From: Camelus dromedarius
Taxonomy: Eukaryota
Assembly: GCF_036321535.1 (NCBI RefSeq)
Contig: NC_087437.1
Location: forward strand, 106,952,001 to 107,016,000
Length of the DNA: 64,000 nt
Direction of reading: 5' to 3'
The first letter of the stretch is position 1. The number at the start of each line of letters is the position of its first letter. Made by a program: the position numbers and the translations under genes. Shown here in pieces: positions 50,661 through 64,000 of this stretch. The notes under the pieces were generated by a model. It worked only from the letters and a program-made list of their open reading frames with translations. It was not told where the DNA came from and made no database searches.

Positions 50661-51657
50661 CACTTATTTTATCATTTGCTTTGTTTCTTTAAACTGTAAG
50701 CTCAAACCCAGCAGGGACCTTCTTCTGTTAGCTCTTTAATAGTCCCTAGCAAACTCAGAGGCAGAACTGAATAAACATGCAGTCATGGAAGTTAGCAGAT
50801 ATTAAAGAAAATCACTTAAATCGTTCCTCTCCGTATGAAAATACACATTTCTGTAAAACTACAGTGGTGATGGTTATGAAATGGCAAAGAATGGGTTGAT
50901 ATATCTGTGTTTAGAAATAAGGCTGGGAAGCCTTTTCTGGGAGTAGTAGAGTGGTACTGACAGTCAGTACAAAGCAAGAGGGAGAAGTGATGGTGTTACA
51001 TACTTCTGGCCTCATTACTCCGAAGAACTTCCTTTTCCTTAACGCATCTGCAACTCCCTGAATGTTAATGAAAAGTGGTGTGTGCCCAATGAGGGGAGGA
51101 GAAAGCTCAGATTAAAAACCAACATCACTGATGTACATTTAATGAACTGGTCTTAAGCTTCATGCACTACTTCTTTAAAATTCTGACTTCTTTGAAAGTA
51201 CATTAGCAGTGTCTATTTAGGCTCTTCAAGTGGAAGAAAACGCTTGTCTGAAAATGAAAGGGTAAATCATTTTCACTCCAAACAAAAGCTTCTGGTCTTG
51301 GAGCCATTTTTGAAAATTCACGCTTTTGATGGTTGTTATAGAAATGTGGGAATGTGACCAGTAATGGTTCTTTTGAGGCATTGTCATGTGCACAAGAATT
51401 TTAGTCATCCATGGCTAACCTATACTTTTGTGCCTTTTGTTGCATTCTTGTGTTTGGAGAATTTATCGAGCATCATAGCTGACTGAGGTTTATAAGATCA
51501 TTTATTTTTCCCTCCACCATCATTTTGAATCATTCCATCATTTGGAAATTTCCACTCAATATGACATCATCCAACATTGGCATGATGAGGCTAAAATCCC
51601 AACTCCCATATTTATGATATTACAGGAATCTACCACATTTGGAAGCTTATAATGGAG

Positions 51658-51857
51658 CAAATTATTAAATATAAAATCCCTAAATGGCAAGGTCCTTCTG
51701 TATAGCACAGGGAACTATATTCAATATCTTGTAATAACCTGTAATGAAAAAGAATATGAAAAGGACTATATATGTGTGTACTATAACCAAATCACTTTGC
51801 TGTACACCTGAAACTAACACAACATTGTAAATCAACTATACTCCAATTAAAAAAAAA
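51658..51857 (+). mobile_element. 200-bp LINE-1 3'UTR fragment with exact 12-bp TSD
   Basis: 'caaggtccttctgtatagcacagggaactatattcaatatcttg...ctccaattaaaaaaaaa'; TSD cttataatggag (51646-51657 / 51858-51869). Confidence 0.93.
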
Positions 51858-54800
51858 CTTATAATGGAGAACCACCATTTGAACTCTTCTTGATGATTTA
51901 GCATATCTCTGGGCCATGTTTTCTCACAACCTACCTAGAATGTGGCTAGAAACATTACTTCACTTTAAAATTTCATTAGGCAAAATTAGGAGAGTGGATA
52001 ACGTGTTGAAGAGTCAGTTATCAACACTTACGTTATCTCTTCTTTTAGATAAGCTATGTCATGTCTTTTCCTCAATTACCATAGATACTTGAGAGATGAA
52101 TGTCATCATACTTACACGAAAAACAATTTTTGAAAAGATTAATATCAGCTTCCATGAGGTGATGTTTCTTTAAAGCACTTTTTTTTTTTTTTTTTAAGTA
52201 TGGTCTTGGACCACCAATATGTGATTTATCTGGGTGCTTTTGAGGAAGATGTCATTTTGTAACCCCCAATTCTGGAATTCTATTAAGTAGACAAGAAGAG
52301 TGTTTAAATACTTTAAATTACTTTTGGTCCAGCCATATATGAACATCAGCGGACACCAGAACTTCTTAATTTGTATTTTGCATGTGTACTAGAGAGAACA
52401 TTGACTGTCATAGTATTTAGACCCATGCTTTTACCTTATACGTTGCAACATTTATAGTTAGCATTAAATTTTTTAATAGTTACATAAGCAGTTTTTTCCA
52501 TTGACATGGTGCCAGGAAACAAATGACTTAATATCAAATTTGAAAGGATTACTCCTCCATATAGAGTAGGTTCCATAAAAATAGCTTACTCTTGGCTCCT
52601 GAATACACTTTGTACATTAATTCTGTTAAAATCATATTCATTGTTTTTCTAGCATGACATGTTATTCCAAGGCCATGATTTTTTTTTTTTTTGCATCCAT
52701 ATTTTTGCTGTTTCACTCTTATAGGACATGGGGTAGCCTTTTAATTTTAACTCTTGGTGTTAAATCTTTGAATGCTTTGGATACCTGTATTGGTCAGTCA
52801 AAAAGTCTTTGATTTCCGAAATTGTTTCTAACATCTATAACGTTATCTCATTTTCAGAAATTTCCTCCAGAGTATTGGTCTTATTTTCATTAGAAACATT
52901 AAAATGCTTCTAGTGTGGATTTTTGTAACTTCACAATAAATGGCAGAAAATGAAATAATTTTAGCTTTCATTACTTTAAATTGTATTATTTGTTTAGCTT
53001 TTTACCTGAATTTGTTTTTGGTTCTCATCATAAGAGCAAGAGAGCTCAGGAAGAAAATGAGATAATTTTTTAAAAATTCATTTTGAGTGTATGTTCTATT
53101 TTGTCTGTAAGCCTTTAAGGTGTTTAGTCAACTTGATTAGCTAAGGACAGATGGAAATGAAGCTCTTCTTTACTCTAATGCATTCGTTAGATGATTATCA
53201 AGTTCATTCAGTCCTAAGTGCAAATTTACCTTCATCTTATTTCTAATCATCTACCTTCAACGGATGAAGCAAGCAATTTGACTCTATCTAAACTTAGCAT
53301 TGTGCTTCTACTGGAAAGTAATGGGATTCACATGCCTCGAACTTCTACAATAGAGAGAGAGATTTTAATTTAGAAAAGAGCTTCCTCACCAGAGCTTGCA
53401 CTGTGTTCATTTTCAGGAGTTATTAACAAGATGATACAAGTATCATACAAAATTGCTATGGTAGATGGTTGTTTGATTTTTGCATTCAGGTCATCTCTTC
53501 TATTTCTATTTGAAAATATTTGAACCATTCAGGATCTGGTTTATGGGCCACTTTTCTGGGACTGTTTCAAGTAGAGACTCATAATAATATAACCAAGGAC
53601 TTGAAATTGCTTTATGTTAATATTCTAACCTTGTGGAACAATACTTTCTCCTACGCTCTTTTTGAAAAGTACAGCCTCATAGAGATGTGTAACTTTTGCC
53701 TACTCATTCTTAGCAAAAGAGAATGAGATTTCCACTACAGTGGGAAGCTCTTAAGAAACTCAGGAATTAAGGGAATAGTAGTATTTTTATCAAACACTCC
53801 TGCCTCCTCCTTCAGAATGTTTTCTCTGTTGATGTTTTATAAGTGGTTTGCTTCACAGTACAGATGTTTTTATAGATCGACACCTGCATATTTATGCTCA
53901 TTTTAATCTATATTTACATGACAGCTATCACTCTGAAATCAAAGCTTTAGAACCACAAATTGGGGGTAATCTCAATCAGCTACATCAAGAAAGTTTGACA
54001 GCAAGAGTGTTCCAGAAACTCTTAGAAAGGGAGACTGGAGAAGTCATTGAGTTTTTATACATAATCCCTGCTTCTCAAATAACAGTTATCGGTTTTAAAC
54101 CAAAAAGTAGTTGATGTTGCCGAAGTTATTCAGAATAAAAGGTTAAAGCAGAGTCCTCATCCTAAACAGTTTTGTAAACCAATCAAGAATTCAAATCCAC
54201 AGGACACATTCCACTTGTGGTACAGTCATGTAAAGGGCTGAGTGTCAGCTGGTGCAGTTGGAGAAGGCATCTTGCAGGAGTAGAGAGAATTCTACAAAGT
54301 GCTGAAAGATAAAAATGGTTAAGTTCATAGAGAAAAAAGGCAATGTTATTTTAGACTGTGAACTCATGATAGTAGAAAACATATCCCTTCATTATTATGT
54401 GCCAAGTACCTACCGTACACGTTGGCTGAATTATTTGGAAGGAAGTTTGGGTCAAGGAAGAAGAAACTTATGGAGTGTGCAGGAAATGGCAAAAACTGAC
54501 CTGTATTGAGTGGAGGGTGTATTCTGGAATGATTTTTTTGGATGCAAGAGAAGCAGCACAACATAGACTATTTTATAAATGCTGAAACAGCAATAAAGAC
54601 TCAAAACAATGAGACAGAAGTATAGATCTACTGATTGAGATTCTACTATGTCTGACCCAGGAATTTGTATTTATAAATTCCCTTCAGATAATTCCATTTA
54701 GCAGTTGGGTTTTGGAACCATCAGTCAAATTCAACAGCTTCTAAGTTGCAAGAATGTATTTAGGAATCTGCTGTCTTCCTGCCTAGTGGTATATTCATTA

Positions 54801-56039
54801 TTCCAGAGCCAGAGAGCAACATGGGTATTTTTAATGGGAAAATTTCTTGGAAATTTTTAGTTTCTTAGGTAGTAAATAATGTTGAGCATCCACTTTGTGT
54901 CAGACATGGTGATAAACTGAGTCACCAGAATGTAAATTACTGGAATGTAAAGACATTCTAGTGGCTTCAATCCTAATAAGTCAGTGTAAGTAAATAAAGG
55001 GATGACTTTGCAGGTTCATGGCCCTTATCTAAAGGAATAACTTGTATGTTGGAGTTGCGTTTCTATGTCCTTCCCAAGTCTAGCAGTTTTAGCAACACTT
55101 AAATAATGCTGACCATGTGCCTGACACTATTCTAAGCATTGTATACACATCAAGGTACTGCATGACATCACATGAGAGCAGGTGCAAAGATTACAGAATA
55201 GTAAATCTGTCTTCACCAGCCCCTCCCCCCACCCACAACTCAGCTTCTTACCTGCACACAGATAGGAATGCTGGCCAAAGCCCTGTTTGTTTGACTCAGC
55301 CGCACCCTCTACTTTGGCTGTGCTGGAAAGACTTGACCTCTTTCCCAGCATCTGTACACCCTCTTTCCTTCCGGTTCTCTTTTCCCATCCGTAGCTGTTT
55401 TATGAGGCTCTAAGCGGTGGCCTTTCACCTTCACTATCCCTTATGGACTATTCAGCAGATCTTGACAGAGGAATTAATAGATTGTTTTTCAGAACAAGGC
55501 TCACAATGTTTCAAAGGTTCAGAACTAACCCCAAAGTCTGAATCATGGGTAATATCTAGATGTGATTTACAAGTGATATTAACATGCTTTTGATTCATTT
55601 TCTAAAAATGTGGAATCCAGAGCAGTCTGGGCTGGTGATAGAGGTATTGGGTGATCAGAAACACATTAAGTAGATGCAAGTTATTAGTAAGATTCTAGTT
55701 ACTAGCTTGACTGAAATGCTCATGAGTGTTCATGATCTTGGCATACTTTATAACCAACATATATGTTACTTATAATATTACATTAAATTAAATTAAAATA
55801 GGTAAAGGAAAATTTTTAAAAAATTCCTGTTTAAAAATCTGGATAGACTAAACAATACAATTGGATGATAACCTTAGCATATATTTGAAAATATACAAAT
55901 TCTAAGGTATAATATAGTTACCTTTCTCCCTATTCTTTAAATCACCATGTTGTCAGAGCACTAGTTTTTCACTAAAACTTCTAGGTCTATCATCATAAAT
56001 TTTGTTTGCACCAGGGTATTAACAGTTAAATGCGTTTCT

Positions 56040-56457
56040 GTATAGCTTGATGTATTATTTAAGGTGCAGGCTAACCTGAGAACTACAGCGGCTTAAACAC
56101 GATATGCATGTATCTCTCTCACATTTTGTTAATATTGGGCAGAAGATCCATGGAAGGTAGAAGGCTCTGGATTCCATCTCTGAGTCTAGCTTAGCTGCTT
56201 AATTGTTACCTCCTCCCTAGAAGGGAAGCATCTTTCTTTCTAAAGAAGTGATCCAGAAGGTGCACACATCACTTCACCTCACACCCCCGCTAGTCACATG
56301 AGCACACCAGATGCAAGGAAAGCTGGGAATTATAGTTTCTGGATTGAGCAGTGTGGGGGAAAGGCATTTACAGAAGGTCAGTGGGGACAGGGGATTCTAT
56401 ATGTACAATGAGGGAAGAGAACATGGATATTGGAAGATCACTAGCCATCTTTTACAT
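56040..56457 (-). mobile_element. Ancient MaLR LTR (MLT1J/K-like)
   Basis: 'cagcggcttaaacac', 'cacacatcacttcacctcac...ctagtcacatgagcacacc...tgcaaggaaagctgggaa', 'atggatattggaag'. Confidence 0.65.
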
Positions 56458-57330
56458 AATGTCTAAAAGCCTTAATGCACTAACGAGTGTGGTCAATATC
56501 CTGGCAAGATGGTGGACTTGAGGTAGCCTTGGAATGGGGTTTGATGCACACAATTTCTCAAGCTGATTTAAATCGCTTCTTTGTAGTAGTTAGGTGTAGT
56601 GAGCCCATGACAGAGCCTGGGACTCCGACCACACCTTAGCAGTCAATTCAGCATGACTGGGATGTTAAGCCCTCCAATGCAGGCGCTCACCCAGAAAGAA
56701 TGGCTTCCTAAGAATGTAAAAGGACAAAATTCATTACCCATAGTGGCAAGGGGATCATGGGGCCCTCAGTCTTAAAGGTCAGATGTGGACCTGCTGTGAG
56801 GTGGCTTGTATATGTATGAAGTAATCAGGACTGGGTAGGAAGGCTTTACCCAGTCCTTTCAAATCCATGCTCATAGATAGAGAAATCTGAATCCTCAAAA
56901 ACAAATTTTTAAGAAATGAAAAAAAGAGCTGATTTACCTTGCAAAGTGAACAAAGTAAGAATCAACGGTGCTAGATTCACATTCTGCTCATATTTACATT
57001 GCCGAATCTTCATTCCAGAGCATTCTCACGATTTGTGGGGTCTCCATCAAAGAAAACATGACTGGCGAAAAATGGTATTAGCTCACTTAAGACTGTGGCG
57101 AGGTTGGATTTGGTTTCTGCCAAATACTCCAGCTAAAAGAATAGAATTGAGTCTCAGGGTATCACCTGGACAGAACAATATGGTTCTGCAGACTGGTGGA
57201 GCCTCATGCTGTGCCTATATCTCAGGCCTCTTTTTGATGCAGACTTCGAGTTCTTAATGAGAAGTAGGATGTGCTCTTCACCAGTCTTAAAGCAAGTTTT
57301 TTTTCCTCATTGTCCTTTTTATTCGTAAGA

Positions 57331-57333
<3 letters not shown>

Positions 57334-57365
<32 letters not shown>

Positions 57366-57370
57366 TGTGT
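57334..57370. repeat. (TG)n microsatellite
   Basis: Directly visible. Confidence 0.97.
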
Positions 57371-57440
57371 CTGTTCTCAATGGGTTTTATTTTGCTAGAA
57401 TATGAAAGTAAAATAACACTAGGAATTGAAATACCTTAAG

Positions 57441-57905
57441 TTTTTTAAAATTTTTTTTTATTGAAGTATAGTCACTTAACAATGTTGTGTCAATTTCTGA
57501 TGTACAGCATAATGTTTCAGTCATACGTGTAAATACATAGTATATTTGCTTTCATTTTCTTTTTCATTATAGGTTACTGCAAGATAATGAATATAGTTCC
57601 CTGTGCTATACAGAAGACACTTGTTTATCTGTTTTATATATAGTAGTTAGTATCTGTAAATTTCAAACTCTCAATTTATCCCTTCCCACCCTCTTCCCCC
57701 TTTGGTAACCATAAGATTGTTTTCTATGTTTGTGAGTCTGTTTCTGTTTTGTAAATAAGTTCATTTGTGTCTTTTTGTTTGTTTGTTTGTTTTTAGATTC
57801 CACATATGAGTGATATTGTATGGTATTTTTCTTTCTCTTTCTGGTTTACTTCACTTAGAATGATGATCTCCAGGTCCATCCATGTTGCTGCAAATGGCGT
57901 TATTG
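57441..57905 (-). mobile_element. 5'-truncated LINE-1 3' end
   Basis: ORF 57793-58053(-) ends [35 protein letters not shown], the ORF2p C-terminus; 3'UTR and T-tract at 57441-57459; no clear TSD seen. Confidence 0.92.
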
Positions 57906-59076
57906 CTTTTGAGATGAACTGTGACCAACCTGAGCTTACCACTTTGGCTATTTTGTCAAATTCATAGAGTATGCATGCAATTAATGCTTGTTTCCCTTCC
58001 ACACTGACCAAGATGAGATAATTACAAACATAACAAAGAAATGTCTTGTGCATAACTTAAAGAAATGCCTTACACTAAACTCCAGGGATTATCAGGGAGT
58101 CGTCACAAGCAGTGCTTCAAGTGTTGCCACATGATACAAGGCAGGGGGGCTCTTGCCTGTGTCCTCCCGAGGGAGGGATGCTTTTGGAAGTAGATTGTTG
58201 TAACTAGTGGGTGAGCAGCTTAAGGGTAAATAAAAGGAAGAAGTTTAATTAGGAGTAAATGAACATTAAGCATGTTGGAGGAATAATATTAACATCGTGG
58301 GAAGTTGATTGAATTATGTCTAAAATAAAAGTATTGAAGCTATAATCCCATTTCCTTCTCTGTGTCACCCCAAAACAAGAATCTGCTTGAAACTACTTTT
58401 ATGTAATAAAATTTGTTTATTCTTTTATCCCCAGTGGATTGTTTTAAGCCATCATATCCGTAATTTTCTTATCTGCATTGTTTTGTTCTCCTAAAATACA
58501 AATCTAATTTTCCTAAGCTTATGAACAAAATTGAACTAATATAAAATCCTTGAAGAATTATTTGGGCTTAAAATTAGAGTGCAGAATGTCTGCATCAAAA
58601 AATAATTAACAGGGTTCTATAGCATGGAGTATCAGAAAAAAATATGTTTTTCTAGTTTATCATAGCGTACGAACAGTTTTGCTAATGGATGAGGGAAGGT
58701 GTAGAAAAAGATTTGTGAAGAGAATGGAGAAGTCTGGGACAGGACTCACTTATAAAATAAGCACAAAAATTTTTTTGTTTAAAGTCAGGCTTGAACAGAG
58801 TAAATTATGCTACGTAGGACCCCTGGATGTACTAAGAGCCTTTGAATCATAGTAAATTCTCCTGATAATCACAGAAGCTGGGACAACAGTGAGAAAGGGA
58901 GAGGTAAGAAGGCTGGTCAGGAACACTGAGAGCTTCTCGAAAATTCTGGATGATTCTAGGATAGCTCTAGGACCCAGCTACTTTTAGTTTTTTTGTTTAG
59001 TTTTTTGTTGTCTACAGCTGAAGATGCTTATAATGATCTTAGGAACTTCAAGACCCAATATCATCCATTCTAAAAG

Positions 59077-59146
59077 AAACAAAGAAGGATTTAGTTGCTT
59101 AGAACAACTAGGATTAAAACAAAGAAGGATTTAGTTGCTTAGAACA
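59077..59146. repeat. 30-bp exact direct duplication with 10-bp spacer
   Basis: aaacaaagaaggatttagttgcttagaaca at 59077-59106 and 59117-59146. Confidence 0.95.
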
Positions 59147-59844
59147 TCTTTATCCCAGCATAATTCTCTGTTTGACCTTAAAAGATTTCTCTCTACCATA
59201 ATGCCTTTACATTTTTTTCTTTTAGAAAGAACCAGTTCCCTGCTTATTTGTTCTCTAAACAACGCTGTATTAAGTAAAAACTACTTTTTTATTACCTTCC
59301 CTAATAACGGGCCACTTTCATAAACTACAGTTGATGAAACATACATAAACAACTTTGTGACCAGTTACAAACTTTACCATTAAAAATTTCATTTTGAATA
59401 TTAAAAAGAACAAATTGTTAGAGAGATCTGGAATAGCAGTATAACTGTTCATAGTGCCTGATTTCTTAACAGTTATAAACTTAGAATTAATAACCTATAT
59501 CTCAATAGTGACACTATCAGAGTAAAATAATTCTGTGATCAAGCATAGCAGGATATTTTTCAGATTCAGAGTCTTTGGCTATTCTCTTGGGGTTAATAAT
59601 CTCTTTTCTTCAAGAGCATTATGACTTGTTTCATTTTACAGTTAGGACAACTTGTAAAAGAAATGATGAAAAATCCACTTGGTAGAGCATTATGCTCTTT
59701 GAGCTGCTTTGCTAAAATGTTTTGCTAATAAGTTAACTTTTTAACATGGCATGAATTTATCTGTGTAAAAATGAGAAAGCATACAGAAGACACCCTTAAG
59801 TTTGTGACATACTTAGTATTATAATATTGCTTCTTATGCGTAAT

Positions 59845-59998
59845 AAGAATATAAAGCATATAAATATAAAAAATATAATATAAAGATAATATAATAAAAT
59901 AAATAAATATAAAATAAATATAATAAATAAAATAATATAATAAAAATATAAAGAATATAAAGCATATAAAAGCATATAAGCATATAAATTAATATATT
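59845..59998. repeat. A/T-rich low-complexity tract with 20-bp direct repeats
   Basis: aagaatataaagcatataaa at 59845-59864 and 59951-59970, followed by agcatataa units. Confidence 0.9.
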
Positions 59999-61729
59999 TG
60001 GGTGAAAACCAATTTATAAACTTAGTTACATCTCTATGCAAACTAACTTCCTTTCTTCAAAGCTAATTGGTAATTTTAAAATGCTATCAAACACCATCTA
60101 ATCTTGTATAAAATATCCAAATTCAGAGGGCCAGCTCAAGATCAATTTGGGTTAAGCCAAGTTCTATTTTTGAAACTAGAGAGCTAAAATAATTTTTTAA
60201 AGGAAACTTACATGGCCTTAACACTTTGTAATTAAAATTCCTTTTCCCCCCTTTTATTTATGATCCTTGGAATTCACTTGATTCTTGCTAAAGGCTTTTA
60301 TTTTCATTTCTCTAGCTTAATCGCTTACAGTTTAATGATTCATAATATTTCAGACTACTCACTTAAGTAATTTGGCATATTTCCTATTGTAATTTTGCTT
60401 ATAAAATTAAGGGCAAATTGAAAGCCTTGTAGAATCGCATATAGGCAAGTTTGTTCTTTCTCAGGCAACAATCGCCTATGGTATTTACATTATATGTATT
60501 CTAAAATTGCCATTCTAAGCAGAAATTGCATGTTTTTCCCCCATCATCTCATACTCCTCTCCTGTGAAATGGGAAATTATAAATTATTCTTTTTAAGGCA
60601 AGTATGTTAATTCAGAATCTTTTCCTTTGCTGAGCAAATCAGAAGTGAACAGTCCTGTGAAAATTTAATTGCATCTTACCGTTTATCCCAGATTCCCCCA
60701 TATCTGTGTATGTGTACTGCTGAAACAATCACAGGAAGTCATCACTCAATGGTTTGCCAGTGTGTTTCACTGCCTTTTAGACCATGCTGGCAAAGTACAC
60801 TTAAAAGAAGGGTCTCGGAGCCTTCTCAAGTGTTTTGCTGAGACAGGAGAGTAATTGAATTATAGATTAAAAGAACTATCATGTTTCACTCAGCAAAGGA
60901 TATCTTAATGTTCCTGGGGCTTGCCAGTCTCTCCTTCCTTCAATGAGGTATTTCACTCAGATAGCCACAACAAAGCATTCATTTGTTGTTATAAATAAAT
61001 TACTTTAAAATGAGCTTTTGACATGGCTCTAGAAAATAAAGATTTCCTACACACCACAAACACATGCACGCACGCACACCCACACACACAGAGTAAGTTA
61101 CGTCTCAATTTATTTGCTCAGTAGAGGAAAAAAATACTTTCTTTTTATCACGTAATTCATTTCATTTTCAGAACTGGAGCTGAAAGGATAAAGGCAACAG
61201 AAACGGGAAAAATTAAAAGAGACACGAAATAAAAGATCCAATGTAGAAATAACTAAGCTTGACCTAATGGATTGTGAGGTAGAAACTAGCCAGTGAGCTT
61301 TTAGTTGTGGAAAACTACTTGTTGAATAAGGTTTACAGCTGACATGTGCAGCCAGAAACTACAGGGATTTACAGAGGCAAATTCTGCCATTAAGCGAAGA
61401 AAACAGAAATGTTTACATTTAATGTGTTGCTCCACCAAAAACCAGGCAGCACAAAAGTTGGGGAGGGGGCGTTTCACGTGACTCAGCCTGTATTTAGTTC
61501 CTGGGTCTGTTATTTCTTATTTATTCAATAAAGGTATATACTGTGCCTTCAAAAATAGGATTATAAAGAATAGTGAATGAGAAATAAAATACAGGAAAGG
61601 AATACTTTTATTTCCTAATGTTATGTGCTGGGTTGCGGTGGACCAAAAAATAAACTCAGCCTCTCTAAACCAGTTGGCTGTTTCATAAGGGTATGTTACA
61701 AGGGAGTCCAGATTAATACCAATTCATCA

Positions 61730-61930
61730 CCTCCATCCATCCATTCATTCACATTTACTAGTACCTACCATGTCTCAGACCAATGCTAAGAGCTAAGAAC
61801 AGAAGGACTAATTCATACACAGTCTTTGACTTCAAGAAACTAGAGAACTCATGATGTGAAAAGTTACGTGAAGGTAAATTACAATTACTTGATGCAACAT
61901 GTGCTACCTTGGAGGAGCAAACCCAATGCT
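61730..61930 (-). mobile_element. L2 3'-end fragment
   Basis: 'catccatccattcattcacatttactagtacctaccatgtctcagaccaatgctaagagct'. Confidence 0.65.
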
Positions 61931-62949
61931 GGATTTAAATTCAGGAACGGGATTTAGACAGGCAGACAAACAAAGGCAGGTGTCCTGAAGTGGAAACACA
62001 TGACCCAAGGAGGGAGGTGTGTAAGCAGATGCCAAACTGGGAAATGGAGAAGCTTACTGCAGCCAAACTGGGACCGTGCTTCAGTGTCAAGGGAAGAAAT
62101 TTGGACTTCTGAAAATTGGTAGTAACCAATGAGGGATTCTGAGCAGGAAGTGACTTTGTAGCAGGAGAATGAACTAGGGTAGGGAGAAAGTTGGAGATAC
62201 CTAAGATGCACCTTTGCTAAAAAGACCAAGAGTTGGTGTTTACAGTATTCTAGGTGAGAGAGAACTGGGCTCCAGGTCCTGGAGGGGGATAAAACTGCCC
62301 CCCCCCCAAATCCTTGAAAGTGAGTTAATAATGGAATCTTCAGGAGCAAAGGCCACATACATTTCACTGGAAGAAATAGTACCGTGTGACTGAGTGATGA
62401 TTGTGCTCTAAAGTTGGGGTTACTGTATTCTGATATAAAATCATCAGTGCAGAGGTTTGATACTGATATTGAGAATTTGATTGATTGTAAACTAGCCTAT
62501 AACTTAATGGATTTATCTTAGAAACAAAAATGGCTTTTTGCTTTTAGTCAGGGTATTTTGAACTCATATGTGAAAGATGCTTTGGTCTAAAATCTGCACT
62601 TTCTTACTTTATGTGCAGCTTTGCAGGAATGATCTAAGACGGAAAATCAGATGGTCATATTGCAGTGTATTTTCCCCTACATTTTTATGGAAAATCACCC
62701 ATGATCTACTTGGGCTTATATGATTTTTACTCATAAATATATATGAGGATAATGCCTCAAAGCTCCTATTTAATGCCTTCTGAAAAAATGTTCACATTCT
62801 GGGAAGCCTTTCATTCGGGGCAGCTGCCTGGAAACACTTACAATCTCTGAGGAAAAGCTTTGAACGTGCAGAGGCATGTAGTGAAATGATGCATTGTTAG
62901 ACAACTGAAAATCAAAAGTTCAACACCATAGCATCATCTTGTCAGAGGC

Positions 62950-63075
62950 GTGAACTGGCTCTGCTATATTCAGGACTATCAGAACTTGAGAAGCTTCTTT
63001 TATCTTTCTAAGCACCTATTTCCTCATCTGTAAAATGGGAGTACCGTTCCTATTTTGTTAAGTGTGGTGAAAAAA
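62950..63075 (+). mobile_element. MIR core fragment
   Basis: 'tatctttctaagcacctatttcctcatctgtaaaatggga'. Confidence 0.65.
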
Positions 63076-64000
63076 AAAAAGCACTGAATAGGTGAATAAT
63101 CAATTACAGTGACATTTCTTTCCCTCCACTCTCTTCTCTATTCAAGTTAACATATTACCTAGCGAAGTAACTCTTGGTAGAAGGCCAGTTTAGTAGGATA
63201 CTGGTTCCCATTATTTCAGGACTATAATAAAGTGTTGGCAATGCCCAGCTTGAACCTGCATCTTAATTGGCTTTTAAAATTAGTAATATTCTTTACAGAT
63301 TATTACAGACAGTAAGTAACGTGATATAGAACAGACTTAATTTTCCATGACGTGGTTTGGTTTCTGAAAATGTGTCTTTTCAGTCCTCTTCTAGAGTTAA
63401 ATTCACATGTATATCTATTATATAAATATATTCATACCACCTCAGAAGCCTAGGATGGCAAAGAACATATAATGGTTGTCAATTTCCCTGAAAAAACAGC
63501 GATTATAAGCAACTGTTTTTCACATTGTTCATTTTTATAAGCAATGCAGGAACTCTGCATTTAAATAGGAAAATTGAGTAAATTCTAACATCAGAACCTG
63601 AAAAACAGTCTTAAGGATACTTCTACATTCCTTTTTGTGACTTGGAGCCTCTGAGTCATGGATGCCAGTTCATTATTAACTCAGCTTGGGTTTGTTTGGA
63701 TGACTTAGGGGGAGTGGGCGGAAAGGGCAGCGTGACAGCCATCAGGCTAACCACATCATTAATTCTTTTCTTCTGAAGCAGTCGTTGTCCTGTATCTGTG
63801 ACATCATGACTTTGTCCTCTTGACTGACATCTTAGCTTGTGACACTAAGCTGTCCCATTAGGACATCAATGCTGGGACTGTACTTGAAGTGCATCTGACC
63901 TGCTGATGCGATGTGTTCATGCTGACCTCTGCCCCTTACGCTTTGATCACCTTCCTCATCTTTTTCTGACTCTTCCAAACACCTATTCATATACCACTGG

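Noticed and set aside
59077..59146. CRISPR-like repeat-spacer-repeat
   Set aside because: Only two copies, a 10-bp spacer, mammalian context and no cas genes.
62394..62433. C/D-box snoRNA (GTGATGA...CTGA)
   Set aside because: Only ~40 nt, with no terminal stem or recognisable guide.

Overview
AT-rich, CpG-poor mammalian non-coding DNA (intronic or intergenic). It is most likely from a camelid, judged from a vic-1-like tRNA-derived SINE at ~20.2 kb. I recognise no host protein-coding gene, rRNA, true tRNA or CRISPR array. The only ORFs with recognisable protein content come from retroelements: a young 5'-truncated LINE-1 (24166-26352, minus strand) with an open 490-codon ORF2 C-terminus, older L1 ORF2 fragments, and a decayed ERV-L pol/dUTPase fossil (~15.3-17.7 kb) interrupted by a hAT-Charlie element and MaLR LTR pieces. 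The rest is a mosaic of L1 3' ends (several with clear target-site duplications, TSDs), MLT1 and ERVL-type LTRs, L2, MIR, DNA transposons and microsatellites. The points most worth checking are an unexplained ~300-bp A-tailed insert nested in an MLT1A LTR, an L1 with extra sequence between tail and TSD, a perfect ChoRE-type double E-box, an RFX X-box, a candidate 106-nt exon and several repair-scar-like duplications. I found no convincing new multi-gene system. Repeat subfamily names come from recalled consensus sequences, not a database search, and the boundaries of old repeats are approximate.
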